From: a candidate division WOR-3 bacterium
GTDB taxonomy: Bacteria; Hydrothermota; Hydrothermia; LBFQ01
Reading direction: 5' to 3'
Assembly: GCA_027050205.1 (NCBI GenBank)
Contig: JALUCS010000126.1
Coordinates: 8,506-72,505 of the forward strand
DNA length: 64,000 nucleotides
Positions within the stretch are counted from its first letter, which is position 1; each line of letters opens with the position of its first letter. The notes below the pieces were generated by a model that saw only the letters and a program-made list of their open reading frames with translations, did no database searches and was not told the DNA's origin. Of this stretch, positions 29,675 through 39,520 are shown one piece after another. The position numbers and the translations under genes were made by a program.

Positions 29675-30034
29675 TTATAGATCATCCTGCCATCCCTCGT
29701 TCCATATCACACCTTCAAGCTTACGCTCAAGTTCGGGTATGTCATCCCTCACCGTCGCCCATAACACCCCAACATCCACACCGAAATAGAAGTGTATCAA
29801 CTTATCCCTCGTCCTGGCTATTATGCTCCACTCAATTTCAGGATATTTTTCCTTCAATTCGGAAGAAACCTTCTTACTCGCTTCCCCCAGAATCTCCAAA
29901 TTTCTGACAACGGCGTCTATAGTCCTCTCGTCCCTTAGAAAGTCCTTAAATCGCATACCCTCGGTATACTCCAAGATCTTCCTACACGCTATCAGCATAT
30001 CAAGGACAAATTCCCTATCTCCCCTTTTATACAT
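29675..30034 (-). CDS. hepT: HepT-like (DUF86, HEPN) RNase toxin
   Basis: DAVVRNLEILGEA...P.IEW...RDKLIHFYFGVD (RX4HXY). Confidence 0.9.
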   Translation of the reverse strand: MYKRGDREFVLDMLIACRKILEYTEGMRFKDFLRDERTIDAVVRNLEILGEASKKVSSELKEKYPEIEWSIIARTRDKLIHFYFGVDVGVLWATVRDDIPELERKLEGVIWNEGWQDDL

Positions 30035-30329
30035 ACTCCAGTTCCTTCTTTATCGCTTCTCTTACGTGTCTTATGCGTATGTTCTCCACTCCGTAAGGCG
30101 TTAGTAGGTCCACTTCCCTTTTGAACAACCTCTCAAGGAAATCGGCGAGGCCTATGAAATCCTTCAAATTTCCCCTGCGGTCTTCAAACTCAACAACAAT
30201 ATCAATATCGCTATCCTCCCCCGCCTCCCCTCGCACTACGGAGCCGAAGATCCCTATCCTCTTAACCCCGAACTTCCTTATCTCCTCGTAATTCTCCCTT
30301 ATCCGCCTTATGATCTCCTCCTTATCCAC
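30027..30329 (-). CDS. mntA: MntA-like minimal nucleotidyltransferase antitoxin
   Basis: FGSVVRGEAGEDSDIDIVV (GSX10DXD), VDL. Confidence 0.9.
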   Translation of the reverse strand: MDKEEIIRRIRENYEEIRKFGVKRIGIFGSVVRGEAGEDSDIDIVVEFEDRRGNLKDFIGLADFLERLFKREVDLLTPYGVENIRIRHVREAIKKELEYV

Positions 30330-30569
30330 ACTGCGGATTATAAAGGCGGAGGGCGTTCTACAGGGGAGGGTGGTGTCCGATATATGTCCGTTAATAGGTT
30401 AGAATGTAGTATCTCTTATTTTTCTCTGCTGTGGCCTTAGATAGTCCTTTTACAAATATCTAAAAATAATTCCAATAATTGAAATTTACAATTTCTAGGC
30501 TTTTTTGGATACCTCTCTTAAACTCTATCATCCGATTTTAATTTTTAGAACACCAAATGTTAAATATTC

Positions 30570-31601
30570 TTAGAATGGTAAATTATTGGAATCAAAGTCG
30601 GGTTCATCAAGAATTCCTGGATTTAAAAGGTCATTTAGCAGCTCAAGGTCACTGGAATCTATTTTATCCTCATTACCTTTGATTATTTTTAATATAAATT
30701 CCATAACATCGGTATCATTAATTATCCAATATATCTGATTATTTGATACATATGCAGCCGCGATTGCTCTTATCTGATCCTCTGAAAATTCATCATATTT
30801 ATTTAATTTTGCTATTATTTCATGGGTTTCAGCAAACGATCTACTATTTAATAATCTCTTTATTAAGATTTCTTTTTCTAGCTCACTTGCTAATTTAATA
30901 TTTGGGAAATTATCCCTGAAAAACTGTGATAGGCTTTTATAGAATATTATATTTGAATTTTTCTTTTCCTGCCATTCCTCAAATAAAAAAGTGTTAAAAC
31001 TATCCTTATCAATAGGAGAAATAAAGTCCTTATCATCTGATATAAAATATAAGTTTTCACCATTAGGCACTTTTTCAAGTAAAACTTCCCAATTTAAAGC
31101 ATCCCCCAAACTTCCTTTTTTTCCTGGAGGATTACCTCTTTCTATACGTATACGTGCTTTTTCTATAATTTCATCATCCGTTTTCAAAATTTCGGATAGT
31201 TCAAAAATTTGCTGTATTATATAATCTGCTTTAAGATCTTTATTTCTAATATCTTCACGAATATTCAGTATCAGCTCGTTATATAATTTTTCACATTCCT
31301 TAAGTAATTTTATAAGCACTTTATACTCCTTATAATCCTTGCAATATTGAGGAAATTCCAACTTGAATTTTTTATTTTGCTTACGAAGCTTGTCGAATGA
31401 AGAAGCTATTTTGTTTTCTCTGTTTCTATAAAATTCTTGAACGACCTGTTCCGGTAGAAATAATTTTATTTCCCCTTCACTACTTTCTAATAATGCTATT
31501 AATTTTTTAAGCTCCTCTAAATCTTCGCTGGTGAAATGATAAAAGGCTAGGAAAATATTTGTATCTATAAATAGATTTATCCTACCCCTTTCATCTTCCA
31601 T
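30570..31601 (-). CDS. PIN-like domain protein (DUF4935-like), very AT-rich
   Basis: FIDTNIFL, QVVQEFYRNR, PPG...GDALNWEVLL, FISDDKDF. Confidence 0.75.
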   Translation of the reverse strand: MEDERGRINLFIDTNIFLAFYHFTSEDLEELKKLIALLESSEGEIKLFLPEQVVQEFYRNRENKIASSFDKLRKQNKKFKLEFPQYCKDYKEYKVLIKLLKECEKLYNELILNIREDIRNKDLKADYIIQQIFELSEILKTDDEIIEKARIRIERGNPPGKKGSLGDALNWEVLLEKVPNGENLYFISDDKDFISPIDKDSFNTFLFEEWQEKKNSNIIFYKSLSQFFRDNFPNIKLASELEKEILIKRLLNSRSFAETHEIIAKLNKYDEFSEDQIRAIAAAYVSNNQIYWIINDTDVMEFILKIIKGNEDKIDSSDLELLNDLLNPGILDEPDFDSNNLPF

Positions 31602-31639
31602 GTCTCACCAACTATTATATCCCTGAAGCACTTCCAATT

Positions 31640-32047
31640 TCATCTGAGAACCACATAAACGTAATAGGGTGGTTTCTCCTTGATGTCGCGTGGTTTCTCA
31701 ATGCCAACATCGCCCTCGTCCAGGATATCCATCAGAATGCTTTCGGCATAGTACCGGATAAGTTCGTCTTCAACCTCGTGGGCATAGCGTAGACTGGTCG
31801 TCCTATAAACCACCACGGCCTTATCAAACTCCCCCGCATATCGGGGAAGCTCCTCCTCCGGGGATGATGTCCGGCCTACGTACATCTGAAGGTAAAGGTT
31901 AGAATTTATAAGCCGGGTGATGCGACGTTTTATCTTCGGGAGGACCTCTTTAGGACGGCCGGTATAGATGGAGTAAATCGTCGGTATGTATCTTGTGCTT
32001 GCAAAGGCTATGAGGATGGCGAGAAATTCTTCAAACGTCAGCTCCAT
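31640..32047 (-). CDS. Hypothetical protein with a GIY-YIG-like core
   Basis: MYVGRTS.PEE...VVY.T...AHEVEDELIRYY. Start at ATG 32047, 6 nt after TATAAT. Confidence 0.45.
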   Translation of the reverse strand: MELTFEEFLAILIAFASTRYIPTIYSIYTGRPKEVLPKIKRRITRLINSNLYLQMYVGRTSSPEEELPRYAGEFDKAVVVYRTTSLRYAHEVEDELIRYYAESILMDILDEGDVGIEKPRDIKEKPPYYVYVVLR

Positions 32048-32096
32048 ATGTGCATTATAAGACCGACTGTCGAGTAGAAGACCCCCCCAAGGCCGT

Positions 32097-32120
32097 ATTG
32101 CTCCGGTATACCGGAGCAAT
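32097..32120. repeat. Perfect 24-bp palindrome, distal copy of the ATTGYTC-N10-GARCAAT motif
   Basis: ATTGCTCCGGTATACCGGAGCAAT. Confidence 0.8.
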
Positions 32121-32706
32121 AAATCGTTTTATTTGGATATGATGATACTTCTTAATAATTTAGAAACGAAACGGCCCCTTGGATATTACGCCGATAGAAT
32201 ACCGCCGTCACTGTTCAATCCGAACCTGGCCGTTGATCTTTAGGGTGTCGCGGAGTTCTCACAGTTTAAACGGAAATTTGGGATTAAGCCGATAGAGGGA
32301 GTCATCCACCGTCCGCATAGGCTCATAGAACTACTGAACTTTTTGGTCATATGAAAATGCTTCGTAAAAATGGTGAAAATACGCAGTTGTTGGCATTAAG
32401 TTGTGTAAAATCTAAATATATCTTAAGGATTATGAAACTCTTTGATTTTCCTGTTTGACAGGACTATATTACAATCGCTATTCTATCATCAGAATCCCCA
32501 AATCTTGGACCGCATCAAGTGATAGCCTCACCTTTAGACGGAAATCGTTTTGGCGTATGCAATACAAAAAACTTTCCACATTGGGAAATGAATCGCCCTA
32601 TCAGCCGAATACCCCGATCCTTTATCGGCGGGAAAGACCTTCATCCTGCCGCTCGTATCATCCGATTCGCTGAATCCCCCATCGGTGTCCTATTGCGGAA
32701 GGTTTC

Positions 32707-33561
32707 CTACCTGTACTTGCCTTCGTACAGCCCCTTTACGAATATGTGCTTGAGGGTATCCCCTACGGAGTACGCCCGGATGTAGTCCCCGGCGACCTCT
32801 ATGGTGGAGCCTCCCTCCCTGTACTCCACCTTCGCCGAGTCCCTGAAGATTACGTATTGTACGTAGCCGTCCTTGAAGGTTATCTCCACCGTCCGGGAGG
32901 TCCCTTGGCCGTTCTCCCACTCCACGCGGGCGTTCCCGAAGATCTTCAGGCTCTTGAGGGTGGTATCGGCCATAACGACCCGGAAGGTGTCGCCTGTCGC
33001 CTTGAACCTCTTGGACTCCGCCACCACGTCCCCTACCCCGAAGGTGGTATCCCTGTGGAGTACGAAGAGGTCCGCCCTTATCTCCACGGTGTCCCTGCGG
33101 AGTATCTTGGCGTAGGCGTCCCCCATCACGTACCCGAAGGCCTCCTTTCCGTCGTAGAAGGCGCTGTCCCCCTCAACGATTATCCCCTTCGTCTTGGACT
33201 CAACGTACACGTTCCCCACCACCCAGGTGGAGTCCCCCCTGGCTACGATCTTGTCCCCGGAGACCTTCCTGTAGGAGTCCTCAAAGTACGCGTCCCCGAT
33301 GAGGCGTAGGAGGCGGTTCTTCCGCCTGTAGTATAGGCTGTCGGCCTTCATCTTCAGGTGGCTTGAGGTTATATCGGCACGGTAGAGCCTCACTATCCCC
33401 GCCCCCTCGTAATACACCCCCCTACTCCCCCTGATGTCATAGTCCCTCGTCTTGACCTTGACGCCCTTGCCGAGTATATAGACCGTTTCCCCACCCTTGA
33501 AGAGGACGGTCATTGAGCCGGCGCTGAAGGTGAACCTACCGGAGAGGAGAATGAGGAACAC
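32707..33561 (-). CDS. LptA/OstA-like beta-jellyroll protein
   Basis: Repeated beta-strand motifs (ADSLYY, GDKI, GNVYV, GDSAFY, GDAY, GNARV). Confidence 0.65.
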   Translation of the reverse strand: MFLILLSGRFTFSAGSMTVLFKGGETVYILGKGVKVKTRDYDIRGSRGVYYEGAGIVRLYRADITSSHLKMKADSLYYRRKNRLLRLIGDAYFEDSYRKVSGDKIVARGDSTWVVGNVYVESKTKGIIVEGDSAFYDGKEAFGYVMGDAYAKILRRDTVEIRADLFVLHRDTTFGVGDVVAESKRFKATGDTFRVVMADTTLKSLKIFGNARVEWENGQGTSRTVEITFKDGYVQYVIFRDSAKVEYREGGSTIEVAGDYIRAYSVGDTLKHIFVKGLYEGKYR

Positions 33562-33564
33562 GCC

Positions 33565-34146
33565 CTATTTTACGGTCGCCCTGCCCACGAAGTAGCCTAT
33601 GGAGAAGCCGAGGCCGGCGCCCAAGAGGACGTCCGAGAGCCAGTGCCTGTCTAGGTATATCCTCGCCGCCCCTACCCCGGTCGCTAAGGCCAGGCTCCCC
33701 CACCTCACCCAGGGGTTCCGGCTGCGGGCGAAGAGGTAGCCAGCGGAGGAGAAGGCGACGGAGGTATGACCGGAGGGGAGGGAGTTGAAGTCGTCGTCAA
33801 GGCTGAAGGGGCGGAAGTAGGTTGCCCCCTTACCCACGCCCGGCCTGGCCCTCCCTATCGCCACCTTGAGGCCGAGGGTGGTTATACCGGTTATGAGGAA
33901 GGAGACTTCCCCCCACTTACCGAGGGAGTAGAGGGCGTCGTCCTTGAGGAGGTATCCGGTGAGGGCGACCCCCGCCCAGCCGAGGGCGTGGACCTTCCCG
34001 TCCCCCAAGGGATTGATGGCATGGAAGAGGAGGTCCAGATTTCGGGACCTATGGCTCTGGACGTACCCCCTCAAAGACTCGTCCGCCGTATATACGGCTA
34101 CGGGTGTCAGAAGGAGGGAGGTGCCGAGGACTAAGCCCTCAACCAT
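33565..34146 (-). CDS. PAP2 family phosphatase
   Basis: KVAIGRARP, SLPSGH, ARIYLDRHWLSDV. Confidence 0.9.
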   Translation of the reverse strand: MVEGLVLGTSLLLTPVAVYTADESLRGYVQSHRSRNLDLLFHAINPLGDGKVHALGWAGVALTGYLLKDDALYSLGKWGEVSFLITGITTLGLKVAIGRARPGVGKGATYFRPFSLDDDFNSLPSGHTSVAFSSAGYLFARSRNPWVRWGSLALATGVGAARIYLDRHWLSDVLLGAGLGFSIGYFVGRATVK

Positions 34147-34919
34147 ACCTGCCTCCGTCTCACCGACCAGACTGCGGCGAAGACCAGGAAGGATAGGGCG
34201 GTGGTGGTGGCGCCGTAGGGGAGGTCCAGGTAGAAGGAGAGGGCGTAGCCGGAGAGGGAGAGGAGGAGGGAGATGAGGCCGCTCATAAGGAGGGATAGGA
34301 GAAAGCCCCGAAAGAGCATAAAGGAGAGGAGGGCGGGGACGACCACTAAGGAGGTCGTGAGGATGGAGCCGAAGACCCGGAGGACGAAGATTATCGTCAG
34401 GGTCTCAAAGAGGAGGAGGAGGGCGTGGTAGATGCCTACGGGGAACCTCTCGGCGGCGGCTATCTCCTCGCTGAAGAGGTAGACCTTGAGGCCGTTGTAG
34501 AGGAAGGCGAAGCCCAAGACCCCGATGAGGAGGAGCAGGAGGATGGCGGCCACGTTCCCCCAGGTTGCGAGGGTGACGTTGCCGAACATATACGACCACA
34601 GGAGGTTGGCGTACCCCCTGTAGAAGCGGAGGGCTATCGCCCCGACGCTCATTAAAAAGGAGAAGGTGAGGCCGATTATGGCGTCCCTCGGCAACCTCCT
34701 ACCGAAGAGGTATATCCCAAGGCCCATCAGGAGGCCGAAGGTGAGTCCGCCGAGGGTAGGGTTGAGGCCGAGGACCACGGCGAAGGCTATACCTCCGAAC
34801 ATAGCGTGGGCCACCCCCGTAGCAGCGAAGGCCATATTCCGGGCGACGACGAAGAAGGAGGCGAAGCCGAGGAGAAGCCCCCCGGACAGCACGGCTGCGA
34901 TGTGGAGGAGCATGCTCAA
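34131..34919 (-). CDS. Metal (Zn/Mn) ABC transporter permease, ZnuB-like
   Basis: AHAMFGG, DAIIG, YMFGN, G.IL..SL.VVPA; multiple TMs. Confidence 0.85.
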   Translation of the reverse strand: MSMLLHIAAVLSGGLLLGFASFFVVARNMAFAATGVAHAMFGGIAFAVVLGLNPTLGGLTFGLLMGLGIYLFGRRLPRDAIIGLTFSFLMSVGAIALRFYRGYANLLWSYMFGNVTLATWGNVAAILLLLLIGVLGFAFLYNGLKVYLFSEEIAAAERFPVGIYHALLLLFETLTIIFVLRVFGSILTTSLVVVPALLSFMLFRGFLLSLLMSGLISLLLSLSGYALSFYLDLPYGATTTALSFLVFAAVWSVRRRQVWLRA

Positions 34920-35707
34920 AATATCCTGACGTTGAGGTTTATGTACCTACCCGGATTGCGGCGTATGTCCTCTATGAGCGCCCGCAGCTCCTTGACGGTC
35001 AGGTTCAACTCGTTGTAGAGGGAGTCCTCGGTCATCAGCCTCTGAACGGTACCGTCCGCCCTGACGAAAGAGTCCACGACGGCGGCCGTCTCGTCCAACC
35101 TGTTGGCCACCTGAAGTATCTGGTAGGATACGGCGTCCACCTTGGCGTTGGCGTTGTCTGCCAGGTCCTTAGTGGAGGCCACCAACTCCCTTAGGTCCCG
35201 GCTAAGGGCCACCAACTCCCTCTGGGTGCGGAGGAGAAGGACGTTGGCGTTCCTTAGGGTGGTATCCGTGCGGGCCGAGATCCTCTCAAAGCTCTGTAGG
35301 ATGCGGTCTATGAGGAAGACGAAGTCCGTAAAGGTAGGCGTCTCCTCTCCCTTTATCAGTGAGCCTTCGGGCAGGAAGTCCCCCTTTCCTTGATAAACGG
35401 CGAGCTTGCGGTTGCCCACCACCCCCTCGTTCTCTATGCGGGCGTAGGCCCCCCTCCGGAGCCTTATCCCCTCGGTGTAGAAGCGTATGATGACGCTGTC
35501 GGTGTATATCTCTATCCGCTCTATCCTCCCGACGTTCACTCCCTGGAGGCTGACGGGGTCCCCGTTTCCGAGGAAGCCCGCCGTCCTGAAGACCGCCCCG
35601 TAGTGATACTTCCTCTTCAGGGAGAAACCCTTGAGCCAAAGGAGGCCGGCCGCCCCTATCCCGAGTGCGAGGAGCAGGAAGAAGGCGGCCTTGAGCTTCT
35701 CCATCAC
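34916..35707 (-). CDS. MlaD/MCE family protein
   Basis: N-terminal TM, GDPVSLQGVNVGRI, coiled coil, GTVQRLMTEDSLY...DIRRNPGRY. Confidence 0.88.
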   Translation of the reverse strand: MMEKLKAAFFLLLALGIGAAGLLWLKGFSLKRKYHYGAVFRTAGFLGNGDPVSLQGVNVGRIERIEIYTDSVIIRFYTEGIRLRRGAYARIENEGVVGNRKLAVYQGKGDFLPEGSLIKGEETPTFTDFVFLIDRILQSFERISARTDTTLRNANVLLLRTQRELVALSRDLRELVASTKDLADNANAKVDAVSYQILQVANRLDETAAVVDSFVRADGTVQRLMTEDSLYNELNLTVKELRALIEDIRRNPGRYINLNVRIF

Positions 35708-36357
35708 TTGGAAAGGCTCTCTTGGACCTTACGCCAGTCCGAAAGGAACTTCTCCAGGCCTATGTCCGTTAAGGGGTGTTTCAGGAGCTTCCAGAGGACG
35801 GCCGGCGGCACCGTCCCTATGTGGGCGCCCGACTTCGCCGCGGCTATGAAGTGGGCGGGGTGCCTTATGCTCGCGGCTATTATCTGGGTGGGTATATCGT
35901 AGAGGGCAAATATCTTGGCCGTCTCCCTTACCACCTCCACCCCGGAGTAGCCTATGTCGTCTATGCGGCCGATGAAGGGGGAGACGAAGTCGGCTCCCAC
36001 CCGCGCGGCTATGAGGGCCTGGGCGGCCGAGAATATGAGGGTGACGTTCACCCTGATGCCATCCCCCTTGAGGCGACGGACGGCCTTCAACCCCTCCGGC
36101 GTGAAGGGGATCTTCACCACGATGTTGGGGTGGATGGAGGCCAGGTCCTTCCCCTCCTTGTACATCCCGTCGGCGTCCTCGGCCACGACCTCGGCGGAGA
36201 CGTGTTCAAGCATCTCCGCCAACTCCCTGTATATCTCGCGCGGATCCCTCCCCGTCTTGGCGACGAGGCTGGGGTTGGTCGTGGCTCCGGAGACAAAACC
36301 CATCTCGTAAAGCTTCTTTATTTCCTCCACGTCGGCGGAATCCACGAATATCCTCAT
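35704..36357 (-). CDS. tal: Transaldolase (small TalC/MipB type)
   Basis: TTNPSL, SAEV (Glu), VKIP, NVTLIFS, SPFIGRIDD (Phe), AASIRHP. The Glu/Phe pair favours transaldolase over FSA. Confidence 0.88.
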   Translation of the reverse strand: MRIFVDSADVEEIKKLYEMGFVSGATTNPSLVAKTGRDPREIYRELAEMLEHVSAEVVAEDADGMYKEGKDLASIHPNIVVKIPFTPEGLKAVRRLKGDGIRVNVTLIFSAAQALIAARVGADFVSPFIGRIDDIGYSGVEVVRETAKIFALYDIPTQIIAASIRHPAHFIAAAKSGAHIGTVPPAVLWKLLKHPLTDIGLEKFLSDWRKVQESLSK

Positions 36358-36399
36358 ATCAACCGTCTATTGTACGCCCGAAAGCGGCCTAACGGACCG

Positions 36400-37962
36400 T
36401 TAGAACACTACGATGGCCTCCTCCAGACTCCCCGCCTTTACGACGTAGGCTCCCCTCTGAAGTCTCAAGGTGAGGGTTCCACCCTTCGCCACCCTACGTA
36501 CTACGAGGCGGCCATCGGCGGAGTAGATGGAGACGGGTAACTCCCTCCCGACGTAGAGCCTTACGAGGCCGCGGCCCACCTGCTCCACCTTAAGGCTGAC
36601 GGGAGGCGTAGGGGCCTCCTCCGCTCCGAGGTCTCCCCCTTCGCCCAAGACGTTGCACCCGGATACGGGGGTGGAGGAGTCAAAGACGTAGAGTCGGCTA
36701 CTGGAGTAGTCCCCGCTGGAGACGACCTCCATACAGGAGTCGTTGTCCACGTCGGCTATGGAGAGGCCCTCAAAGTAGTCGGAGTCGTAGGTCCAGGCCA
36801 CCGTCCCATCCGGACCCCTAAGGACGGCGAGGTGGGGACTGGAGCCGTACCTCGCCCCGGAGACTATGACCTCTATCACCCCGTCCCCGTCTATGTCGCC
36901 TATCTTGCGGCCGAGGGCCTGGTAGCCGCTCCTCGTTCCACTGTAAGACCACTGGACGCTCCCGTCCGTCCCACGGAGGACGTAGAGGTACCCCGTTGAG
37001 GAGGGCATGCATCCGAAGAGGACGTCCTTGACACCGTCGCCCGTTACGTCGGCTATGGTGGGGGAGTTGAGGGATCCCCAGTAGGAGCCGCACCCGGAGG
37101 TCCAGGACCATATTACGGTGCCGTCATGACGGAGGGCTACGACGTTCCCGTTCCCGGCCACCACCACCACGTCGTAGAATCCGTCCCCGTCCACGTCGGC
37201 TACGGCGGGGTTCCCTTGGGTACCTACGGAGTACGTCCATACGGTTGAGCCATCGTTGGCGTTAAGGACGTAGAGGGTGTTGCTCGCTACGGTTATGACC
37301 TCGTCGTGGCTGTCTCCGTCCAGATCCGCAACGGCGACGTTGGCGTAGCTGGAGGAGCCGGAGTGGGACCAGAGGGTGGCGCCGTCGCTACCCCGAAGGG
37401 CGTAGATGCTGCTGCCTACGACGAAGACCTCCCCCACACCGTCCCCGTTGACGTCCTGTATGGTAGCAGGGGAGTAGCTGACGCCAAGGGACCTGCTCCA
37501 GAGGACGGCCCCGTCCGTACCCCGGAGGGCGTAAACCGTCCCGCCGTTGGAGACCACCACCTCAAGCCCCGGAGAGGAGGGGTCCAGCTCGCCCAGGGCG
37601 GGGGTCCCCCAGCCGGTGGAGGAGCCGAGGTACCTCGTCCAAAGGAGGGTACAGTCCGTCCCCCGGAAGACCATCACCCGGCTGGAGCTGTAGGTGAGGA
37701 CGACGATCTCGTTGATGCCATCGTCGTTGATGTCGGCGACGGCGGGGTCACCCTCGCTGCCGGTGTTGAGGGTGGCGGAGCATTTCAGGTGGGGACCCGT
37801 CACCGCCCCCGTTAGCCGTTGGATACCCGCGAGGGAAGAGGAACCGTGGTGCATCATCCAAGTGCTGACGGCCGAAGATACCGGAGGTACCTGGGCCTCA
37901 AGGGAGACCGCACTCCCAGCAATGAAACTTCCAAGTATCGCATACAAAAACCTTCTCATCAA
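36400..37962 (-). CDS. Secreted FG-GAP/PQQ-like beta-propeller protein with a T9SS-like C-terminal domain
   Basis: Normal signal peptide; repeats ADxxxDG..EV and LRGxDGxxxW; C-terminal IYSADGRLV...GAYVVK. Confidence 0.8.
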   Translation of the reverse strand: MMRRFLYAILGSFIAGSAVSLEAQVPPVSSAVSTWMMHHGSSSLAGIQRLTGAVTGPHLKCSATLNTGSEGDPAVADINDDGINEIVVLTYSSSRVMVFRGTDCTLLWTRYLGSSTGWGTPALGELDPSSPGLEVVVSNGGTVYALRGTDGAVLWSRSLGVSYSPATIQDVNGDGVGEVFVVGSSIYALRGSDGATLWSHSGSSSYANVAVADLDGDSHDEVITVASNTLYVLNANDGSTVWTYSVGTQGNPAVADVDGDGFYDVVVVAGNGNVVALRHDGTVIWSWTSGCGSYWGSLNSPTIADVTGDGVKDVLFGCMPSSTGYLYVLRGTDGSVQWSYSGTRSGYQALGRKIGDIDGDGVIEVIVSGARYGSSPHLAVLRGPDGTVAWTYDSDYFEGLSIADVDNDSCMEVVSSGDYSSSRLYVFDSSTPVSGCNVLGEGGDLGAEEAPTPPVSLKVEQVGRGLVRLYVGRELPVSIYSADGRLVVRRVAKGGTLTLRLQRGAYVVKAGSLEEAIVVF

Positions 37963-37990
37963 CGGAGATTGTAAGGCCGATACTGTCCCT

Positions 37991-38851
37991 TTACTCGTAC
38001 TTGTAGAAGCCTTCCCCCGTCTTCCTACCGAGTTTGCCGGCCTCCACCATCTTGACGAGGAGCGGGCAGGGACGGTACTTGGGGTCCTTGAAGTCGTTGT
38101 AGAGGACGAGGAGGATGTTTAGGACGACGTCCAGACCTATGAAGTCGGCCAGGGTGAGGGGACCCATAGGGTGGTTCATCCCGAGCTTCATTACGGTGTC
38201 TATAGCCTCCTTGGTGGCCACCCCCTCGTACAGGGCGCATATGGCCTCGTTTATCATAGGCATCAGGACCCTGTTGGAGACGAAGCCGGGGTAGTCCTTC
38301 ACCTCTACGGGGGTCTTACCGAGCTTCTTCGCCAGCTCTATCACGAGGTTGGCCGTTTCGTCGCTCGTGGAGTAGCCCCTCACCACCTCTACCAACTTCA
38401 TGACGGGGACGGGGTTGAAGAAGTGCATACCGGCAAAGAGCTCCGGCCTACCGGAGTAGGAGGCGAGGCGGGTGATGGATATGGAGGAGGTGTTGGAGGT
38501 CAGGACCACCTCCGGGCGGGTTATCTCACCGAGCCTGTTGAAGATGTCCCTCTTGACGTTCTCGTCCTCAAACACGGCCTCAACCACGAAGTCCACATCC
38601 GCGAAGTCCTCAAGGTTGGTCGTGGTGGTTATGCGGGAGAGGACCTTGGGGATGTCCTCCTCGGAGATTATGCCCTTCTTGGCCTGGCGGCCGAGGTTCT
38701 TCTCTATGGTCTTGAGCGCCCTCTCCAGGTAGCCCTCGGAGACGTCGGCGAGTTTGACGTTGTACCCGGCGAGGGCGAAGACGTGGGCGATGCCGTTCCC
38801 CATCGTACCGGCACCTACGACACCTACGGTCTTGATATCCTCTAACCTCAT
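37991..38851 (-). CDS. hbd: 3-hydroxybutyryl-CoA dehydrogenase
   Basis: [49 protein letters not shown]. Confidence 0.93.
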   Translation of the reverse strand: MRLEDIKTVGVVGAGTMGNGIAHVFALAGYNVKLADVSEGYLERALKTIEKNLGRQAKKGIISEEDIPKVLSRITTTTNLEDFADVDFVVEAVFEDENVKRDIFNRLGEITRPEVVLTSNTSSISITRLASYSGRPELFAGMHFFNPVPVMKLVEVVRGYSTSDETANLVIELAKKLGKTPVEVKDYPGFVSNRVLMPMINEAICALYEGVATKEAIDTVMKLGMNHPMGPLTLADFIGLDVVLNILLVLYNDFKDPKYRPCPLLVKMVEAGKLGRKTGEGFYKYE

Positions 38852-38876
38852 AGGAAGGGGATTCTACGGTCGCACC

Positions 38877-39392
38877 CTACCTACCGAACCTGTCCCTAAG
38901 GTAAAGTATCACCGCCCACCTGTCCTTTTCGGATAGGATGTCCTTGTAGGCGGGCATAGCGCTCCCTATGGGCTTCCCGCCCTCCGAAATCGTCCAGAAG
39001 AGGTACTCGTCCGTGGCTATGTGCCGCTTCATAACGAAGGAGAGGTCGGAGGGTTTGGGGTCCAACCCCTTGGCCGCCGGTCCGTCCCCCTTCCCGTTCT
39101 CCCCGTGGCAGGCTTTACACTGCTGGGTGTATATCTCCTCGCCCCTCTTGAGAAGCTCCGGGGAGGGTTCGTAGGGGTTGGTCTTGCCGGAATACTCCGC
39201 CGGGAGGCCGCCGTGCATGTACAACCTGTGCCGTTTGACGCTGACCTTGGCCATATGCCCCATCATTCGGCCCCTTCCCATTCCCATCATCCCCATCGCA
39301 TGGGAAGGGTGGCTTCCCCCCCTACCGCAAGCCCAAAAACCCGTAGCGATGAGCAGGAGCGTTCCACCTTTGAGGATGTCCTTAACGAGCAT
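38877..39392 (-). CDS. Mono-haem cytochrome c, probable lipoprotein
   Basis: CKACHG, distal MPAY, FWAC lipobox-like segment, Met/His-rich linker. Start at ATG 39392; the longer ORF overlaps the tRNA. Confidence 0.85.
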   Translation of the reverse strand: MLVKDILKGGTLLLIATGFWACGRGGSHPSHAMGMMGMGRGRMMGHMAKVSVKRHRLYMHGGLPAEYSGKTNPYEPSPELLKRGEEIYTQQCKACHGENGKGDGPAAKGLDPKPSDLSFVMKRHIATDEYLFWTISEGGKPIGSAMPAYKDILSEKDRWAVILYLRDRFGR

Positions 39393-39423
39393 CTTTCTAT
39401 TGTACAGGAGAGGAGGGAAAAAG

Positions 39424-39496
39424 TGGAGCGGAGGGGAGTCGAACCCCCGACCCCCTGGTTGCAAACCAGGTGCTCTCCCACCTGAGCTACCGCCCC
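39424..39496 (-). tRNA. tRNA-Ala(UGC); CCA not encoded
   Basis: GGGGCGGTAGCTCAGGTGGGAGAGCACCTGGTTTGCAACCAGGGGGTCGGGGGTTCGACTCCCCTCCGCTCCA. G3:U70 pair, TTCGA T-loop, followed by CTT. Confidence 0.97.
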
Positions 39497-39520
39497 AAAC
39501 GCCCGGAAATTCTAAGGCGG

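Larger units (their letters stand above)
29634..30357. repeat. 43-bp perfect direct repeat (29634-29676 and 30315-30357) flanking the MNT-HEPN pair
   Basis: CTCCTCCTTATCCACACTGCGGATTATAAAGGCGGAGGGCGTT occurs twice. Confidence 0.95.

Noticed and set aside
29641..30330. Two perfect DnaA boxes TTATCCACA (29641, 30322)
   Set aside because: Both lie inside the 43-bp duplication and overlap the mntA start (GTG GAT AA). There is no DnaA-box cluster or dnaA gene, and the region is near the terminus.
39424..39496. tRNA-Ala as an island integration site
   Set aside because: No duplicated 3' end and no integrase in the window.
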